Positions 9,144-19,794 are shown, counted from the first letter of the stretch. The stretch is 58,145 bases of DNA from Casimicrobiaceae bacterium (GCA_035543635.1 DATKJP010000235.1:1-58145); one strand, 5' to 3'. A program made the numbers and translations. The notes: generated from the sequence alone by a model not told the origin.

Positions 9144-12100
9144 TTGAACCCTCCCTTGTCTGAATCTCCAGCATCCGTATCGATCGCGCTGCCGCGGCTC
9201 CTCCCCGAGCCGCCCTTGCGCGGCCAACGCGCGAACGCCGCGCCACTCGCTGGGTCGGCCGATGCGCTGGCGCTCGCTCAGCTCGCAGCGGCGGCGGCAG
9301 AGCGCGGCGAGCTCACGGCGATAGTGTGCGCCGAAGCGCTCGCCGTGCAGCGCCTCGCCGCCGAGATTCCGTGGTTTGCGCCGGGTCTGCGCGTCTCCGT
9401 GCTGCCGGATTGGGAGACGCTCCCCTACGACCAGTTTTCCCCGCATCAGGATCTCGTGTCGGAGCGGCTCGCCACTCTGTATCACGCCTCGCGCGGCGAA
9501 TGCGATGTGCTCGTCGTCGCGGCAAGCACTGCGCTCTACCGACTCGCGCCCTCGTCTTATCTGGCGGCGTTCACGTTTTTTCTGGCTCAGGGTGAGAAGC
9601 TCGATCTCCCGAGATTGCAATCGCAGCTCGCTCTCGGCGGCTATCAGCGCGTGACGCAGGTCGTCTCGCCCGGCGAGTACAGCCTGCGCGGCGGATTGAT
9701 CGATCTCTTTCCGATGGGCAGCGCACTGCCCTATCGCATCGACCTCCTCGACGACGTGGTGGAATCGATCAAGAGCTTCGACGTCGACACTCAGCGCAGC
9801 GTTTATCCGGTGCCGCGCATCCGCTTGCTTCCCGCGCGCGAGTTCCCGCAGGACGAGAACGCGCGAACGCGCTTCCGTGGCCGCTTCCGCGAGGTGTTCG
9901 AGGGCGATCCGTCCAAGTCGCCGCTTTACCGCGACGTGAGCAATGGCGTGATGCCGGGTGGCATCGAGTATTACCTCCCCCTTTTCTTCGACGGCACCGC
10001 GACGATCGCCGACTATCTTCCGGCCGGCACGACCGTCTGTCTGCACGGAGCGATCGAGACGACGATCGCCGAATTCTGGCGCGACAGCGAGGCGCGCTTT
10101 CGGCTGCTGCGCGGTGACTCCGCTCGTCCGCTGCTTCCGCCGCCGGAATTGTTTCTACCGAGCGACGAGTTTCATCGCGTGCTCAAGGCTTTTGCACGCA
10201 TCGAATTGCCGCTGGCATCGTCTGCAGTTCATGGCGACGCTCCGGGGGACGCCTCCCGCGACGCGGGACTCACGTCCTCACTTCCCCCGATCCAGATCGA
10301 CCGGCGCGCCGGCGATCCTCTCCATGCGCTGAAGCGCTTTGCCACCTCGACGCGCGAGCGCGTGCTGATCGTCGCCGAGAGTCTCGGGCGGCGCGAGACG
10401 ATGCAAGAAACCTTCACCGAGTACGGCTTCAAGCCAGCGCTGTGCACTGACTGGAACGGGTTCCTCAACGGCGACGCGAGCCCGGCGCTCACCGTGGGCC
10501 CGCTACACGAGGGTTTCGTCTGGTGCGAGGGCGGCATCGCCGTCATCACAGAGGCAGAGCTGTACGCCAACGTCGTGCGGCGTCCCACGAAGCGGGATCA
10601 GCGCCGCAGCAACGTCGATGCGATGCTGCGCGATCTGTCCGAAGTGCGCATCGGCGACCCTGTGGTTCACGAGCAGCACGGCATCGGTCGCTATCTCGGG
10701 CTCACCACGCTCGATCTCGGCGACGGGCGGAACGAGTTTCTGCATCTCGCCTACGCCAACGATGCCAAGCTCTACGTTCCAGTATCGAGCCTGCACGTGG
10801 TGAGCCGGTACAGCGGCGCCTCGCCGGAAGCCGCGCCGCTGCACGAGCTGGGGAGCGGCCAATGGGATCGAGCCAGGCGCAAGGCGGCGCTGCGTGCGCG
10901 CGATACGGCGGCAGAGCTTCTCAATCTTTATGCGCAGCGCGCTGCGCGCGAAGGACACGCGTTTCGCTTCGACATCCACGACTACGAAGCTTTCGCGGCA
11001 GGCTTCCCCTTCGAGGAGACGCCGGACCAAGCCGGCGCGATCGAGGCGGTTATCAAGGACCTCGTCGCCGGCAAGCCGATGGACCGGCTCGTCTGCGGCG
11101 ACGTAGGCTTCGGCAAGACGGAGGTCGCGCTGCGCGCCGCGTTCATCGCGATGGCCGACGGCAAGCAGGTTGCGCTGCTCGTCCCCACGACCCTGCTCGC
11201 CGAGCAGCACTTCCAGACCTTCTCCAACCGTTTTGCGGAGCTGCCGGTCAAGCTCGCGGAGCTGTCGCGGTTTCGCTCCTCCAAGGAAGCAAAGGCGATC
11301 CTCGAGGGGTTGGCGGAGGGACGCGTCGACCTCGTCATCGGCACCCATCGGCTCATTCAGCCCGACGTCAAGTTCAAGCGCCTCGGGCTCGTCATCATCG
11401 ACGAGGAACATCGTTTCGGCGTGCGGCACAAGGAGCAGCTCAAGAAGCTGCGCGCCGAGGTCGACGTGCTTACGCTCACCGCCACTCCGATTCCACGCAC
11501 GCTTGCGCTCTCGCTCGAGGGACTGCGCGATTTTTCGGTGATCGCGACCGCGCCCGAGCGCCGCCTCGCGATCAAGACCTTCGTCGCGCCGTACGCGACC
11601 GGCGTCGTCCGCGAAGCGGTGCTGCGCGAGCTCAAGCGCGGCGGCCAAGTCTATTATCTGCATAACGACATCGACACCATCGCCACCAAGGCCGAAAGGC
11701 TCACGGCACTCGTCCCCGAGGCGCGGCTCGCGATAGCGCACGGCCAGATGCCGGAACGCGAGTTGGAACGGGTGATGCGCGATTTCTATCAACAACGCTG
11801 CAACCTGCTCCTGTGCTCGACCATCATTGAGACCGGCATCGACGTGCCGACCGCGAACACCATCATCATCGATCGCGCCGACAAATTCGGGCTGGCGCAG
11901 CTCCATCAGCTGCGCGGGCGTGTAGGCCGCTCGCACCATCAGGCCTACGCGTATCTGCTCACGCCGCCCGGGGCTGCCCTCTCAGCACAGGCGAGGAAAC
12001 GTCTGGAGGCGATCCAGCTGATGGAGGAGCTGGGCTCCGGCTTCTATCTCGCCATGCACGATCTCGAGATCCGCGGCGCCGGCGAGGTGCTCGGCGAGGA

Positions 12101-12644
12101 ACAGTCCGGCGAGATGCAGCAGATCGGCTTCCAGCTCTATGTCGACATGCTCAAGGCTTCGGTCGACGCGCTGAAAGCCGGACGCGAGCCGGACCTGAGC
12201 GAGCCGCTTGGCGTGACGACAGAAATCAACCTGCACACCCCGGCGCTGCTTCCGGAAACCTATTGTAGCGACGTGCACGAGCGGCTCGTCCTCTACAAGC
12301 GACTCGCAAACTGCGAGAACGAAGCGGATCTCGTCACGATGCAGGAAGAGCTGATCGATCGCTTTGGTCTGCCGCCGGAGCAGACGCAGGCGCTCATCGC
12401 CTCGCACCGGCTGCGACTCGCAGCCAAACCCCTCGGCGTGGTGAAGATCGACGCGGGGCCGGAGCGAACCCAGATCCAATTCGCTCCCAAGCCGCCGTTC
12501 GACACGGCCAAGCTGATCGCGCTGATCCAGAGGGATGGAACTCATCGTCTTGCGGGGCCGAATCGTGTGCGGATCGAGCGCGCTGCGCCGTCGCTCAACG
12601 AGCGCGCCGTCCTGGTGCGGGAGTTTCTGTCGCAGCTTGGCTGA
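9144..12644 (+). CDS. mfd: Transcription-repair coupling factor
   Basis: 1166 aa. Contains the UvrB-homology N-terminus, the CarD-like RNAP-interacting domain (GDPVVHEQHGIGRY) and superfamily-2 helicase motifs (GDVGFGKTEVALRAAF, DEEHRFGV, TATPIPRTL, QLHQLRGRVGR). Start is TTG; the exact start is uncertain. Confidence 0.95.
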   Translation: MNPPLSESPASVSIALPRLLPEPPLRGQRANAAPLAGSADALALAQLAAAAAERGELTAIVCAEALAVQRLAAEIPWFAPGLRVSVLPDWETLPYDQFSPHQDLVSERLATLYHASRGECDVLVVAASTALYRLAPSSYLAAFTFFLAQGEKLDLPRLQSQLALGGYQRVTQVVSPGEYSLRGGLIDLFPMGSALPYRIDLLDDVVESIKSFDVDTQRSVYPVPRIRLLPAREFPQDENARTRFRGRFREVFEGDPSKSPLYRDVSNGVMPGGIEYYLPLFFDGTATIADYLPAGTTVCLHGAIETTIAEFWRDSEARFRLLRGDSARPLLPPPELFLPSDEFHRVLKAFARIELPLASSAVHGDAPGDASRDAGLTSSLPPIQIDRRAGDPLHALKRFATSTRERVLIVAESLGRRETMQETFTEYGFKPALCTDWNGFLNGDASPALTVGPLHEGFVWCEGGIAVITEAELYANVVRRPTKRDQRRSNVDAMLRDLSEVRIGDPVVHEQHGIGRYLGLTTLDLGDGRNEFLHLAYANDAKLYVPVSSLHVVSRYSGASPEAAPLHELGSGQWDRARRKAALRARDTAAELLNLYAQRAAREGHAFRFDIHDYEAFAAGFPFEETPDQAGAIEAVIKDLVAGKPMDRLVCGDVGFGKTEVALRAAFIAMADGKQVALLVPTTLLAEQHFQTFSNRFAELPVKLAELSRFRSSKEAKAILEGLAEGRVDLVIGTHRLIQPDVKFKRLGLVIIDEEHRFGVRHKEQLKKLRAEVDVLTLTATPIPRTLALSLEGLRDFSVIATAPERRLAIKTFVAPYATGVVREAVLRELKRGGQVYYLHNDIDTIATKAERLTALVPEARLAIAHGQMPERELERVMRDFYQQRCNLLLCSTIIETGIDVPTANTIIIDRADKFGLAQLHQLRGRVGRSHHQAYAYLLTPPGAALSAQARKRLEAIQLMEELGSGFYLAMHDLEIRGAGEVLGEEQSGEMQQIGFQLYVDMLKASVDALKAGREPDLSEPLGVTTEINLHTPALLPETYCSDVHERLVLYKRLANCENEADLVTMQEELIDRFGLPPEQTQALIASHRLRLAAKPLGVVKIDAGPERTQIQFAPKPPFDTAKLIALIQRDGTHRLAGPNRVRIERAAPSLNERAVLVREFLSQLG

Positions 12645-12810
12645 TTCGCTGACCCGGCAGATCCCTCTCCGCTCTGAGCATGAAAAGGCTTCGTCGAGCC
12701 TGGCGGCGCCCCGTCGGCCCCCGGCGCGATGCGTCGCGGAAGGCATAGCCGCCTGAGCGCGCGGCTGGCATAATTTTCCCCCTCGTAAACCTTCCTTCCG
12801 GAGTCTCCCC

Positions 12811-14997
12811 GTGTCGACCGCAATGACCCTGCGCCGCGGCATTTCCGCTGCCGCGCTGCTCGCCGCCGCTTCGCTCGTCTTCGCGCAATCCAAGCCTCCT
12901 GTCGCGCCCGTCAAGGAGATCGTCGATACCTACTTCGGCGCGACGGTCGCTGATCCCTATCGCTACATGGAGGACATGAAGAATCCGGAAGTCTCGGCCT
13001 GGATGAAGGCTCAGGCGGACTACACGCGCGCGGCCCTCGACAAGATTCCGCAGCGCGCGGAGCTGCTGAAGGAGGTCGCGAAGTACGGCGATGCCGCGGC
13101 GGCGCGCATCAGCTCGCTGCAGGTGGTCGGCGACATGGTGTACTACCTCAAGCGCAACGCGAACGAGAACATTGCCAAGCTCTATGTCCGGCGCGGCTTT
13201 GCCGGCAAGGAGCGGCTCCTGGTCGATCCCGACAAGCAGCCCGCGCCCGAGGGAAAGCACAACGCGATCGACTACTACCAGCCCTCGCCCGACAACAAAT
13301 ACCTCGCCTTCGGGATTTCCGTGGGAGGGTCCGAGGAGAGCGTCATCCACGTGCTCGAAGTCGCGACGGCCAAAGAGACGGGCGACGTTATCGATCGCGC
13401 GAATTTCGCCACACCATCGTTCCTCCCCGATGGGCGCCTCGTCTACAGCCGGTTGCAGAAGCTCGCGCCCGACGCGCCGTCCACCGACAAGTATCAGAAC
13501 CAGAAGACTTTCGTGCACGCCCTCGGGACGAATCCCGACAATGATGCTGCCATTCTGGGAGCCGGCGTGTCCCCGGCCGTCACCGTCGCACCCGCCGAGC
13601 TCGTCGTCGCGGGCAACCCGATCGGATCGAAATACATGATTGGCGCAGTGGTCAACGGCGTGCAACGCGAAATTCGCCTCTATGTCGCTCCGCGCGACGC
13701 GCTCGCCGGCGACAAAACGCCTTGGGTGAAGCTCACGGAGACGGCTGACGACGTCACCGACATCGCGGTCCACGGCGACTGGGCCTACCTGCTCACGCAC
13801 AAGAACGCTTCGCGGTTCAAGGTGCTGCGCGTGTCGCTCGCGAAGCCCGATATCGGCAGCGCAGAAGTCGCGGTTCCCGAGAGCGAATCGGTGGTCACCG
13901 GGCTCGCCGCCGCGAAGGACGCACTGTACGTGCAGCGCATGAACGCCGGCATCAGCGAGCTGCTGCGGCTCGATTACGAGCCCGGCGCGAAGGCCGCGAT
14001 GATCAAGCTGCCCTTCGATGGCGACATCTCGGCACTCGCCTCCGATCAGCGCGTAGCCGGAGTGGTCGTCGACATGAGCGCATGGACCAAGTTCGGCGGC
14101 TATTACGCGTACGAGCCGAAGGCGGGTAAATTCGTCGACACCAAGCTGCAGCCGCAGAGCAAGTACGACAACCCCCAGGGGCTCGTGTCGACCGAAGTGA
14201 AGGTAAAGGCGGCCGACGGCACGATGGTCCCTCTCTCGATCGTGCACAGGAAAGGCATCAAACTCGACGGCAGCAATCCGACCGTGCTCTACGGTTATGG
14301 CGCATACGGCATCTCGGAAACGCCGTTCTACCGCCCCACCTTCCTGCCCTGGTTCGAGCGCGGCGGTGTGTTCGCTGTCGCGCACGTGCGCGGCGGCGGC
14401 GAGAACGGCGAAGCCTGGTACAAGGCCGGCTACAAGCTCACCAAGCCGAACACCTGGAACGACGCCATCGCATGCGCCGAGTGGCTGATCGCCAACAAGT
14501 ACACCTCTTCCGCAAAGCTTGGAATCTGGGGCGGCAGCGCCGGCGGCATCTTCGTCGGACGCTCGATCACCGATCGGCCAGATCTCTTCGCCGCGGCGAT
14601 CGATGATGTGCCGGTTTCAGACGCCGTGCGCATGGAATTATCGCCCAACGGCGTGCCCAACATTCCCGAGTTCGGCACGGTGAAGACGGAAGACGGTTTC
14701 AAGGGCCTGCTCGCCATGAGCTCCTACCACCACGTCAAGGACGGCACGAAGTACCCGGCGGTCATGCTCGTCACCGGATTCAATGATCCGCGTGTGGATT
14801 CATGGGAGGCAGGAAAAATGACGGCCCGGCTGCAGGCGGCGCAGGGCGGGGACCGGCCGATCCTGCTGCGGATCGACTACGACGCCGGTCACGGCTTCGG
14901 ATCGACCAAGAAGTCGCAGTACGAAGAGCGTGCCGACACCTTCGCTTTCATGTTCTGGCAGTTCGGCGTGAAGGGATTCCAGCCCGGCGCGAATTGA
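12811..14997 (+). CDS. Prolyl oligopeptidase family (S9A) serine peptidase, secreted
   Basis: Signal peptide, N-terminal beta-propeller region with D.Y.YMED motif, and C-terminal alpha/beta hydrolase domain with GGSAGG nucleophile elbow and DPRV.. / GHG catalytic segments. GTG start. Confidence 0.9.
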   Translation: MSTAMTLRRGISAAALLAAASLVFAQSKPPVAPVKEIVDTYFGATVADPYRYMEDMKNPEVSAWMKAQADYTRAALDKIPQRAELLKEVAKYGDAAAARISSLQVVGDMVYYLKRNANENIAKLYVRRGFAGKERLLVDPDKQPAPEGKHNAIDYYQPSPDNKYLAFGISVGGSEESVIHVLEVATAKETGDVIDRANFATPSFLPDGRLVYSRLQKLAPDAPSTDKYQNQKTFVHALGTNPDNDAAILGAGVSPAVTVAPAELVVAGNPIGSKYMIGAVVNGVQREIRLYVAPRDALAGDKTPWVKLTETADDVTDIAVHGDWAYLLTHKNASRFKVLRVSLAKPDIGSAEVAVPESESVVTGLAAAKDALYVQRMNAGISELLRLDYEPGAKAAMIKLPFDGDISALASDQRVAGVVVDMSAWTKFGGYYAYEPKAGKFVDTKLQPQSKYDNPQGLVSTEVKVKAADGTMVPLSIVHRKGIKLDGSNPTVLYGYGAYGISETPFYRPTFLPWFERGGVFAVAHVRGGGENGEAWYKAGYKLTKPNTWNDAIACAEWLIANKYTSSAKLGIWGGSAGGIFVGRSITDRPDLFAAAIDDVPVSDAVRMELSPNGVPNIPEFGTVKTEDGFKGLLAMSSYHHVKDGTKYPAVMLVTGFNDPRVDSWEAGKMTARLQAAQGGDRPILLRIDYDAGHGFGSTKKSQYEERADTFAFMFWQFGVKGFQPGAN

Positions 14998-15955
14998 CGC
15001 GATCGCGCGGCGTCTTGCCGCCAAAGAACGCATCCAGATTGTCGAGCGCGCGAAAGCCCATCGCATCGCGTGTCTCGACGGTCGCGCTGCCCAGATGCGG
15101 AAGGATGAACACGTTCGGAAGCTCGAGATAGCCGCGATGGAGCTTCGGCTCATTCTCGAACACGTCCAAGCCGGCGGCGGCGACCCGCCACGTTCGTAGC
15201 GCGGCGATCAGCGCATCGTCGTCGACCAGCGTACCCCGCGCCGTGTTGACGACGATGGCGCCTTGCGGCAGGCGATCGATCCGTGCCGTGTTCAGGAAGT
15301 GGTGCGTCTCCTTCGTCGCCGGCGCGTGCAGGCTCAAGATGTCGCATTGCGCGAGAAAGTGGTCGAAGTCCGCGACGAAACGCGCTCCCTGCGCAAATTT
15401 CGCGGGAAGCTTGCGCTGATCGCAATAAAGAAGCTTCAGACCGAAGCCGCGGGCACGCCGTGCCATCGCTTGTCCGATCCGGCCCATGCCGAAGATTCCC
15501 AAGCGTTTGCCGTTGAGCTCGGCTCCGAGCAGCTCGGTCGGCGTCCATCGACCCCAGCGGCCGCTGCGGACAAGCACGTCGCCCTCGTGCGCGCGGCGCG
15601 CAGCGCCGAGCAGGCACAACATGGCGATATCCGCCGTAGCCTCAGTGAGCACATCCGGCGTATTGGTAACCGCGATGCCGCGCTTGACCGCCGCAGCCGC
15701 GTCGACGTTATCGAATCCGACCGAATAGCAGGCGATGATCCTCAGTGACGGCGGCAGGCGCGCGATCAGGCTTGCATCGATGCGCTCGGTCGGCGCGACG
15801 ATCAGCGCATCCGCGCCTCTGGCAAGGCTCACGAGCTCATCGGCACCGATGACACGATCATCGAGGTTCAATATCGCATCGTAGTCGCGCGTGAGGCGCG
15901 CTTCGACCGCAGGCGGAAGTTTGCGCGTGGCGACGACCCGAGGTTTCTTCTTCAT
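14948..15955 (-). CDS. D-isomer-specific 2-hydroxyacid dehydrogenase (glyoxylate/hydroxypyruvate reductase-like)
   Basis: The real gene is the C-terminal 335 aa of a 497-aa track ORF and starts at MKKKPRVVATRKL. It has the NAD-binding motif GIFGMGRIGQAMARRA and catalytic R/E/H context (NTARG...PHLGSAT). Its 3' end overlaps the convergent peptidase gene by 50 nt. Confidence 0.85.
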   Translation of the reverse strand: MKKKPRVVATRKLPPAVEARLTRDYDAILNLDDRVIGADELVSLARGADALIVAPTERIDASLIARLPPSLRIIACYSVGFDNVDAAAAVKRGIAVTNTPDVLTEATADIAMLCLLGAARRAHEGDVLVRSGRWGRWTPTELLGAELNGKRLGIFGMGRIGQAMARRARGFGLKLLYCDQRKLPAKFAQGARFVADFDHFLAQCDILSLHAPATKETHHFLNTARIDRLPQGAIVVNTARGTLVDDDALIAALRTWRVAAAGLDVFENEPKLHRGYLELPNVFILPHLGSATVETRDAMGFRALDNLDAFFGGKTPRDRVNSRRAGIPSRRTART

Positions 15956-15963
15956 GTCGATCT

Positions 15964-17292
15964 TCAATGGAGCTTCACCCGCGGCTCGGTGTGACGGCGG
16001 AGAAACCGTCCGACTGTGTCGAGCGCGACGCCGAGATAGCCGAGAATCGCCGCCTGGTGCATCTTGTAGAGCGAGGCGTACATCCAGCGCGCGATGAGCC
16101 CCTGTATGAGCAGGCTCCCGCCAACCAGCCGGCCCATCAGGGTGCCGACGGCGGAGAGCTCGCCAAGCGAGACGAGCGAGCCCAGATCGCGGAAATGGAA
16201 CTCCGGCAGCGGCTTGCCGTCGAGGCGCGCGCGCATCGACTTCACGAGCAGCATCGCCTGCTGACGGGCCGCCTGTGCGCGCGGCGGCACCTGTGCGCCG
16301 GCGCGACCGGCCTCCGGCCACGGACAAGCGGCGCAATCGCCGAAGGCGAAGATGTCGGGGTCGCGCGTGGTTTGCAGCGCAAGCGTCACCACGAGCTGAT
16401 CGCCGCGCCCGGTTTCGAGTCCATCGAGATTGCGGAGCCACTCAGGAGCCTTTATGCCCGCCGCCCACACCACGAGATCCGCGCGGTAGAGGGCGCCGCT
16501 TGCCGTGCTCACTCCCGTTTCGTCGACCGAGGTGACGCGCTCGCCCGTGCGAACTTGCACGTTGAGCTTGCCCAGGAGATCCGTCGCAGCCTTCGCGATA
16601 TGCTCGGGGAGCGGCGGCAGAATTCGCTCCGCCGCTTCGACGACGATGAGACGGACGTCCTTGCGCGTATCGAGATGCTCGAGCCCGTAGGTCGCATGCA
16701 CGTGAGTTGTCTGTCGAATCTCCGCAGCCAATTCGACGCCAGTCGCACCCGCGCCGATGATCACGATGTCGACCCCCGTCGGGTGGCCCGATGCCGCCGC
16801 GTCGTCGGCGCGCACGCAGGCCGCGAGCAGATGCCGGTGAAAACGCTCCGCCTCCTCGGGTGTTTCGAGCGAGATCGCGTGCTGCGCCACGCCGGCGACC
16901 CCAAAGTCGTTGCTGACACTCCCGACGCAAAAGATCAGCGTGTCGTAACGCAGTACCCGGCGCGGCAGCGTGAGCTCGCCGTCTTCGTCGCGAACGGCGT
17001 CCAGCGTCAGCTCGTGGCGCGCGCGATCGAGCGCCGCCACCGTACCCTGCCGAAAACGGAAGTAATGCCAGTACGCGAGCGCGAGATAGTCGATGCCGTG
17101 CACATCGGCGTCCAACCGGCCCGCCGCAACTTCGTGCAGCAATGGCTTCCAAAGGTGCCTGCCGTTGCGGTCGACGAGCGTCACCTGGGCGCGCCCGCGC
17201 CGGCCCAGCTTGTCGCCGAGACGCGAGGCGAGCGGCAGCCCACCGGCGCCCCCGCCGACGATGACGATGCGATGCGGAGTTCCGGCGCTCAT
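15964..17292 (-). CDS. ndh: Type II NADH:quinone oxidoreductase (NDH-2)
   Basis: Starts at MSAGTPHRIVIVGGGAGG (first dinucleotide-binding GxGxxG). A second motif is IVIIGAGATGVELAAE. 442 aa. The upstream 81 codons of the track ORF are Arg-rich and non-homologous. Confidence 0.9.
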   Translation of the reverse strand: MSAGTPHRIVIVGGGAGGLPLASRLGDKLGRRGRAQVTLVDRNGRHLWKPLLHEVAAGRLDADVHGIDYLALAYWHYFRFRQGTVAALDRARHELTLDAVRDEDGELTLPRRVLRYDTLIFCVGSVSNDFGVAGVAQHAISLETPEEAERFHRHLLAACVRADDAAASGHPTGVDIVIIGAGATGVELAAEIRQTTHVHATYGLEHLDTRKDVRLIVVEAAERILPPLPEHIAKAATDLLGKLNVQVRTGERVTSVDETGVSTASGALYRADLVVWAAGIKAPEWLRNLDGLETGRGDQLVVTLALQTTRDPDIFAFGDCAACPWPEAGRAGAQVPPRAQAARQQAMLLVKSMRARLDGKPLPEFHFRDLGSLVSLGELSAVGTLMGRLVGGSLLIQGLIARWMYASLYKMHQAAILGYLGVALDTVGRFLRRHTEPRVKLH

Positions 17293-17300
17293 CGAAATGT

Positions 17301-19061
17301 TCAATCGCCCTTCGCCATGCCTTCGCGCCGCGGATCGGCGCCGGCGATCCAACCTGTTCGAGTGCGCACGATGGCGTGCACGCCGCTCGTGTCCTCGACG
17401 ATGCGTGTCTCGTGGCCCATGGCCCGAAGCTTGGGTTCCAGCGCGACGGCAGCCGTCCCTTTCTCGAGCTCGGTGGGCCCGTTGCGGCTGCCGACATTTG
17501 GCAGGTCGGCCGCGGCCTGAGGATCCAATCCCCAATCGATGACCGCTACCAGCGTCTTTGAGACATCGTTGACGATCTGGCTTCCGTTCACCGAGCCAGC
17601 GACCATGAACAGCTCGCCCTTGGCATCGTAGACGATAGTCGGAGACATGGCAGAGCGCGGTCGCTTGCCCGGCTCGACGCGGTTGGCGACAGGCCTGCCG
17701 TCGACCACCGGCTCGAACGAGAAATCGGTCAACTCGTTGTTGAGCAGAAAACCGCTCTTCGTCATCAGTCGGCTTCCGAAAGCGCTCTCGATGGTCGTCG
17801 TCATCGACAGAGCGTTCCCATATTTGTCGACGATCGAAAGATGCGAGGTCGACGGCAGCTCGAATGCGCCGTCGGCGCCCAAGTCGGCAGTGGCGGCCTT
17901 GCGGGCCGATTCAGGGACTCCCGCCTTGGCGTGTCCCATGCTGGCATTGAGCTTGATCATCGCGGAGCGCGATCGAAGATACGCAGGGTCGGTGAGCCCC
18001 TGCGGCGGCGGGACGAAGTCGGGATCGGTGAGATATTGATCGCGGTCGGCGTAGGCGAGGCGCCCTGCTTCGCTGAAAACATGGACGCTCATGAGCGAGC
18101 TCGCGCCGAGCGCGCCCATGTCGAATGGCTGTAGGATGCCGAGGATCTGCAATACCGTCAGTCCACCTGCAGGCAGAGGCGCGCTGCACACCTTGTACGC
18201 GCGGTAGCGTTCGCAGATCGGCTCGCGAACCTTGGCTTTGTACTCGGCGAGATCAGCTTCGGTGATGTCACCCTGACTTGTTGCCGCACGCGCCGTCTCC
18301 GCGATGTCGGCGGCGATCGCACCCTTGTAGAACGCGTCCGCGCCTCCCGAAGCAATCCGCTTCAGCGTCGCGGCGAAAGCCGGATTCTTCAGCGTCTGCC
18401 CGACCGCCAGCGGCGAGCCGTCCGCGTTGAAGAAGTACGCCCTGGCCCGATCCTGCGTTTTGAGATAGGTGTCCGCTTCGATCAGCGAGTGCAGTCGCGG
18501 GCTCACCGCGAAACCTCGCTCGGCCAGCGCGATCGCAGGGTCGAAGAGCTTTGCCCACGGCAACCGTCCGTACTGGCGATGCGCGAGCTCCAGCATGCGC
18601 AGCGTGCCCGGCACGCCGACCGATTTGCCGCCGATGACCGCATCGAAGAAATGCAGCGGCTTGCCGTCGGCATCGAGGAACCGATCCGGTTTCGCCGCCG
18701 CCGGCGCCGTCTCGCGCCCGTCGTACGCGGTCAGCATGCGGTTGCGACCGTTGTGGAAGAGCATGAACGCGCCGCCGCCAATCCCGGAGGACTGCGGCTC
18801 GACCAAGTTGAGAACCATCTGTACCGCGACCGCGGCGTCGATGGCATTGCCGCCTTCGCGGAGCATCGTGTATCCGGCCTCGACCGCGAGCGGATTGGCG
18901 GCCACCACCATGTCGTGCTTGCTCACGACCGGCTTCTTCGGCGTCCACCCTGTCGGCTGCTCCGGCCCAGGGCTCTGCGCATACGCAGCGCCAGCGACGA
19001 GGCAACCGAGCAACAGGACGAGCCCGCGGAGCTTCGACGAGAGCCGCGACTTGACCGGCAT
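17301..19061 (-). CDS. ggt: Gamma-glutamyltransferase
   Basis: Signal peptide, then conserved GGNAIDAAVA..SSGIGGG and the autoprocessing/nucleophile context (STSHLSIVDKYGNALSMTTTIE). Start chosen at MPVKSRLS. Confidence 0.9.
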   Translation of the reverse strand: MPVKSRLSSKLRGLVLLLGCLVAGAAYAQSPGPEQPTGWTPKKPVVSKHDMVVAANPLAVEAGYTMLREGGNAIDAAVAVQMVLNLVEPQSSGIGGGAFMLFHNGRNRMLTAYDGRETAPAAAKPDRFLDADGKPLHFFDAVIGGKSVGVPGTLRMLELAHRQYGRLPWAKLFDPAIALAERGFAVSPRLHSLIEADTYLKTQDRARAYFFNADGSPLAVGQTLKNPAFAATLKRIASGGADAFYKGAIAADIAETARAATSQGDITEADLAEYKAKVREPICERYRAYKVCSAPLPAGGLTVLQILGILQPFDMGALGASSLMSVHVFSEAGRLAYADRDQYLTDPDFVPPPQGLTDPAYLRSRSAMIKLNASMGHAKAGVPESARKAATADLGADGAFELPSTSHLSIVDKYGNALSMTTTIESAFGSRLMTKSGFLLNNELTDFSFEPVVDGRPVANRVEPGKRPRSAMSPTIVYDAKGELFMVAGSVNGSQIVNDVSKTLVAVIDWGLDPQAAADLPNVGSRNGPTELEKGTAAVALEPKLRAMGHETRIVEDTSGVHAIVRTRTGWIAGADPRREGMAKGD

Positions 19062-19137
19062 GCTGCCTATTCTACCGTCCCGCCGAGCAGCGCCTTCGGC
19101 TTGCACGCGTCGTGATCCGGCGTCATGCTTGCGCTCG

Positions 19138-19794
19138 ATGAGCCGCTCGCTCCTTCCCGAACCCGTCGAACGTTACGTCGCCTTCGAAGTGACGCGCGAA
19201 AGCGCGGTGCAGAAGAAGCTTCGCGCCGAAACGGCGCGCCTGCCGCAGGCGGGCATGCAGATCGGACCCGACCAGGGTGCACTGCTCGCCCTGCTCGCGC
19301 GCACGCTTGGCGCCAGGCGCGCGATCGAGATCGGCACTTTCACCGGCTACAGCGCGCTCGCGGTCGCCGCTGCACTGCCTGCGGACGGCAAGCTCTTCTG
19401 CTGCGACAAGAACAAGGAGTGGACCGCGATCGCGCAGCGTTACTGGAAGGAAGCAGGTCTTGCCGACCGCATCGAATTGCGACTCGGTCCCGCGCTCGAG
19501 ACGCTGCAGGCGCTCGCGACTCAGTACGGACCCGGTTCGTTCGACTTCGCGTTCATCGACGCGGACAAGACAGCGTACGACGTCTACTACGAATCCTGTC
19601 TCTCCTTGTTGCGCCCTGGCGGCATGATCGCGCTCGACAACATGCTTTGGAGCGGCGAGGTCGCCAATCGCTCTGTGCGAGACGCGGACACCAAGGCACT
19701 GCGTGCGCTCAACGCGAAGGTCCGCGATGACCCGCGCGTCGATTCGTGCCTGCTGACGGTCGGTGATGGCGTGATGCTGGCGCGAAAGCGATAA
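19138..19794 (+). CDS. Class I SAM-dependent O-methyltransferase (caffeoyl-CoA OMT-like)
   Basis: This is the C-terminal 218 aa of a 441-aa track ORF. It has SAM motif I (AIEIGTFTGYSAL) and the metal/SAM motifs FDFAFIDADK and GGMIALDN. Confidence 0.85.
   Translation: MSRSLLPEPVERYVAFEVTRESAVQKKLRAETARLPQAGMQIGPDQGALLALLARTLGARRAIEIGTFTGYSALAVAAALPADGKLFCCDKNKEWTAIAQRYWKEAGLADRIELRLGPALETLQALATQYGPGSFDFAFIDADKTAYDVYYESCLSLLRPGGMIALDNMLWSGEVANRSVRDADTKALRALNAKVRDDPRVDSCLLTVGDGVMLARKR

Noticed and set aside
10503-11939. Long antisense or alternate-frame ORFs overlapping well-supported genes. Examples: 3872..4702 (+), 9051..10046 (-), 10503..11939 (-), 10523..11665 (+), 12595..14385 (-), 15967..17520 (+), 18469..19137 (+ part), 19901..21373 (-), 20434..22494 (+), 43592..44878 (+), 46290..47675 (-), 50417..52411 (+), 52588..53700 (+ part), 55311..56666 (+).
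   Set aside because: Their translations are Arg/Ala/Gly/Pro-rich low-complexity strings with no recognisable motifs. Each lies opposite or out of frame to a gene with clear family signatures. Long stop-free shadow frames are expected at ~65% GC.
15956-16441. N-terminal extensions of track ORFs: 14948..16441, 15964..17535, 17301..19106, 22460..23788, 22978..24351, 24246..24938, 28942..29595, 29585..30991, 34372..34920, 34976..35677, 40095..41501, 42090..43718, 48615..49502, 51521..52963, 52186..54333, 54155..54922.
   Set aside because: Homology, signal peptides, SD sequences or NTGA overlaps place the real starts internally. The extra N-terminal codons are Arg-rich and would overlap the upstream genes.
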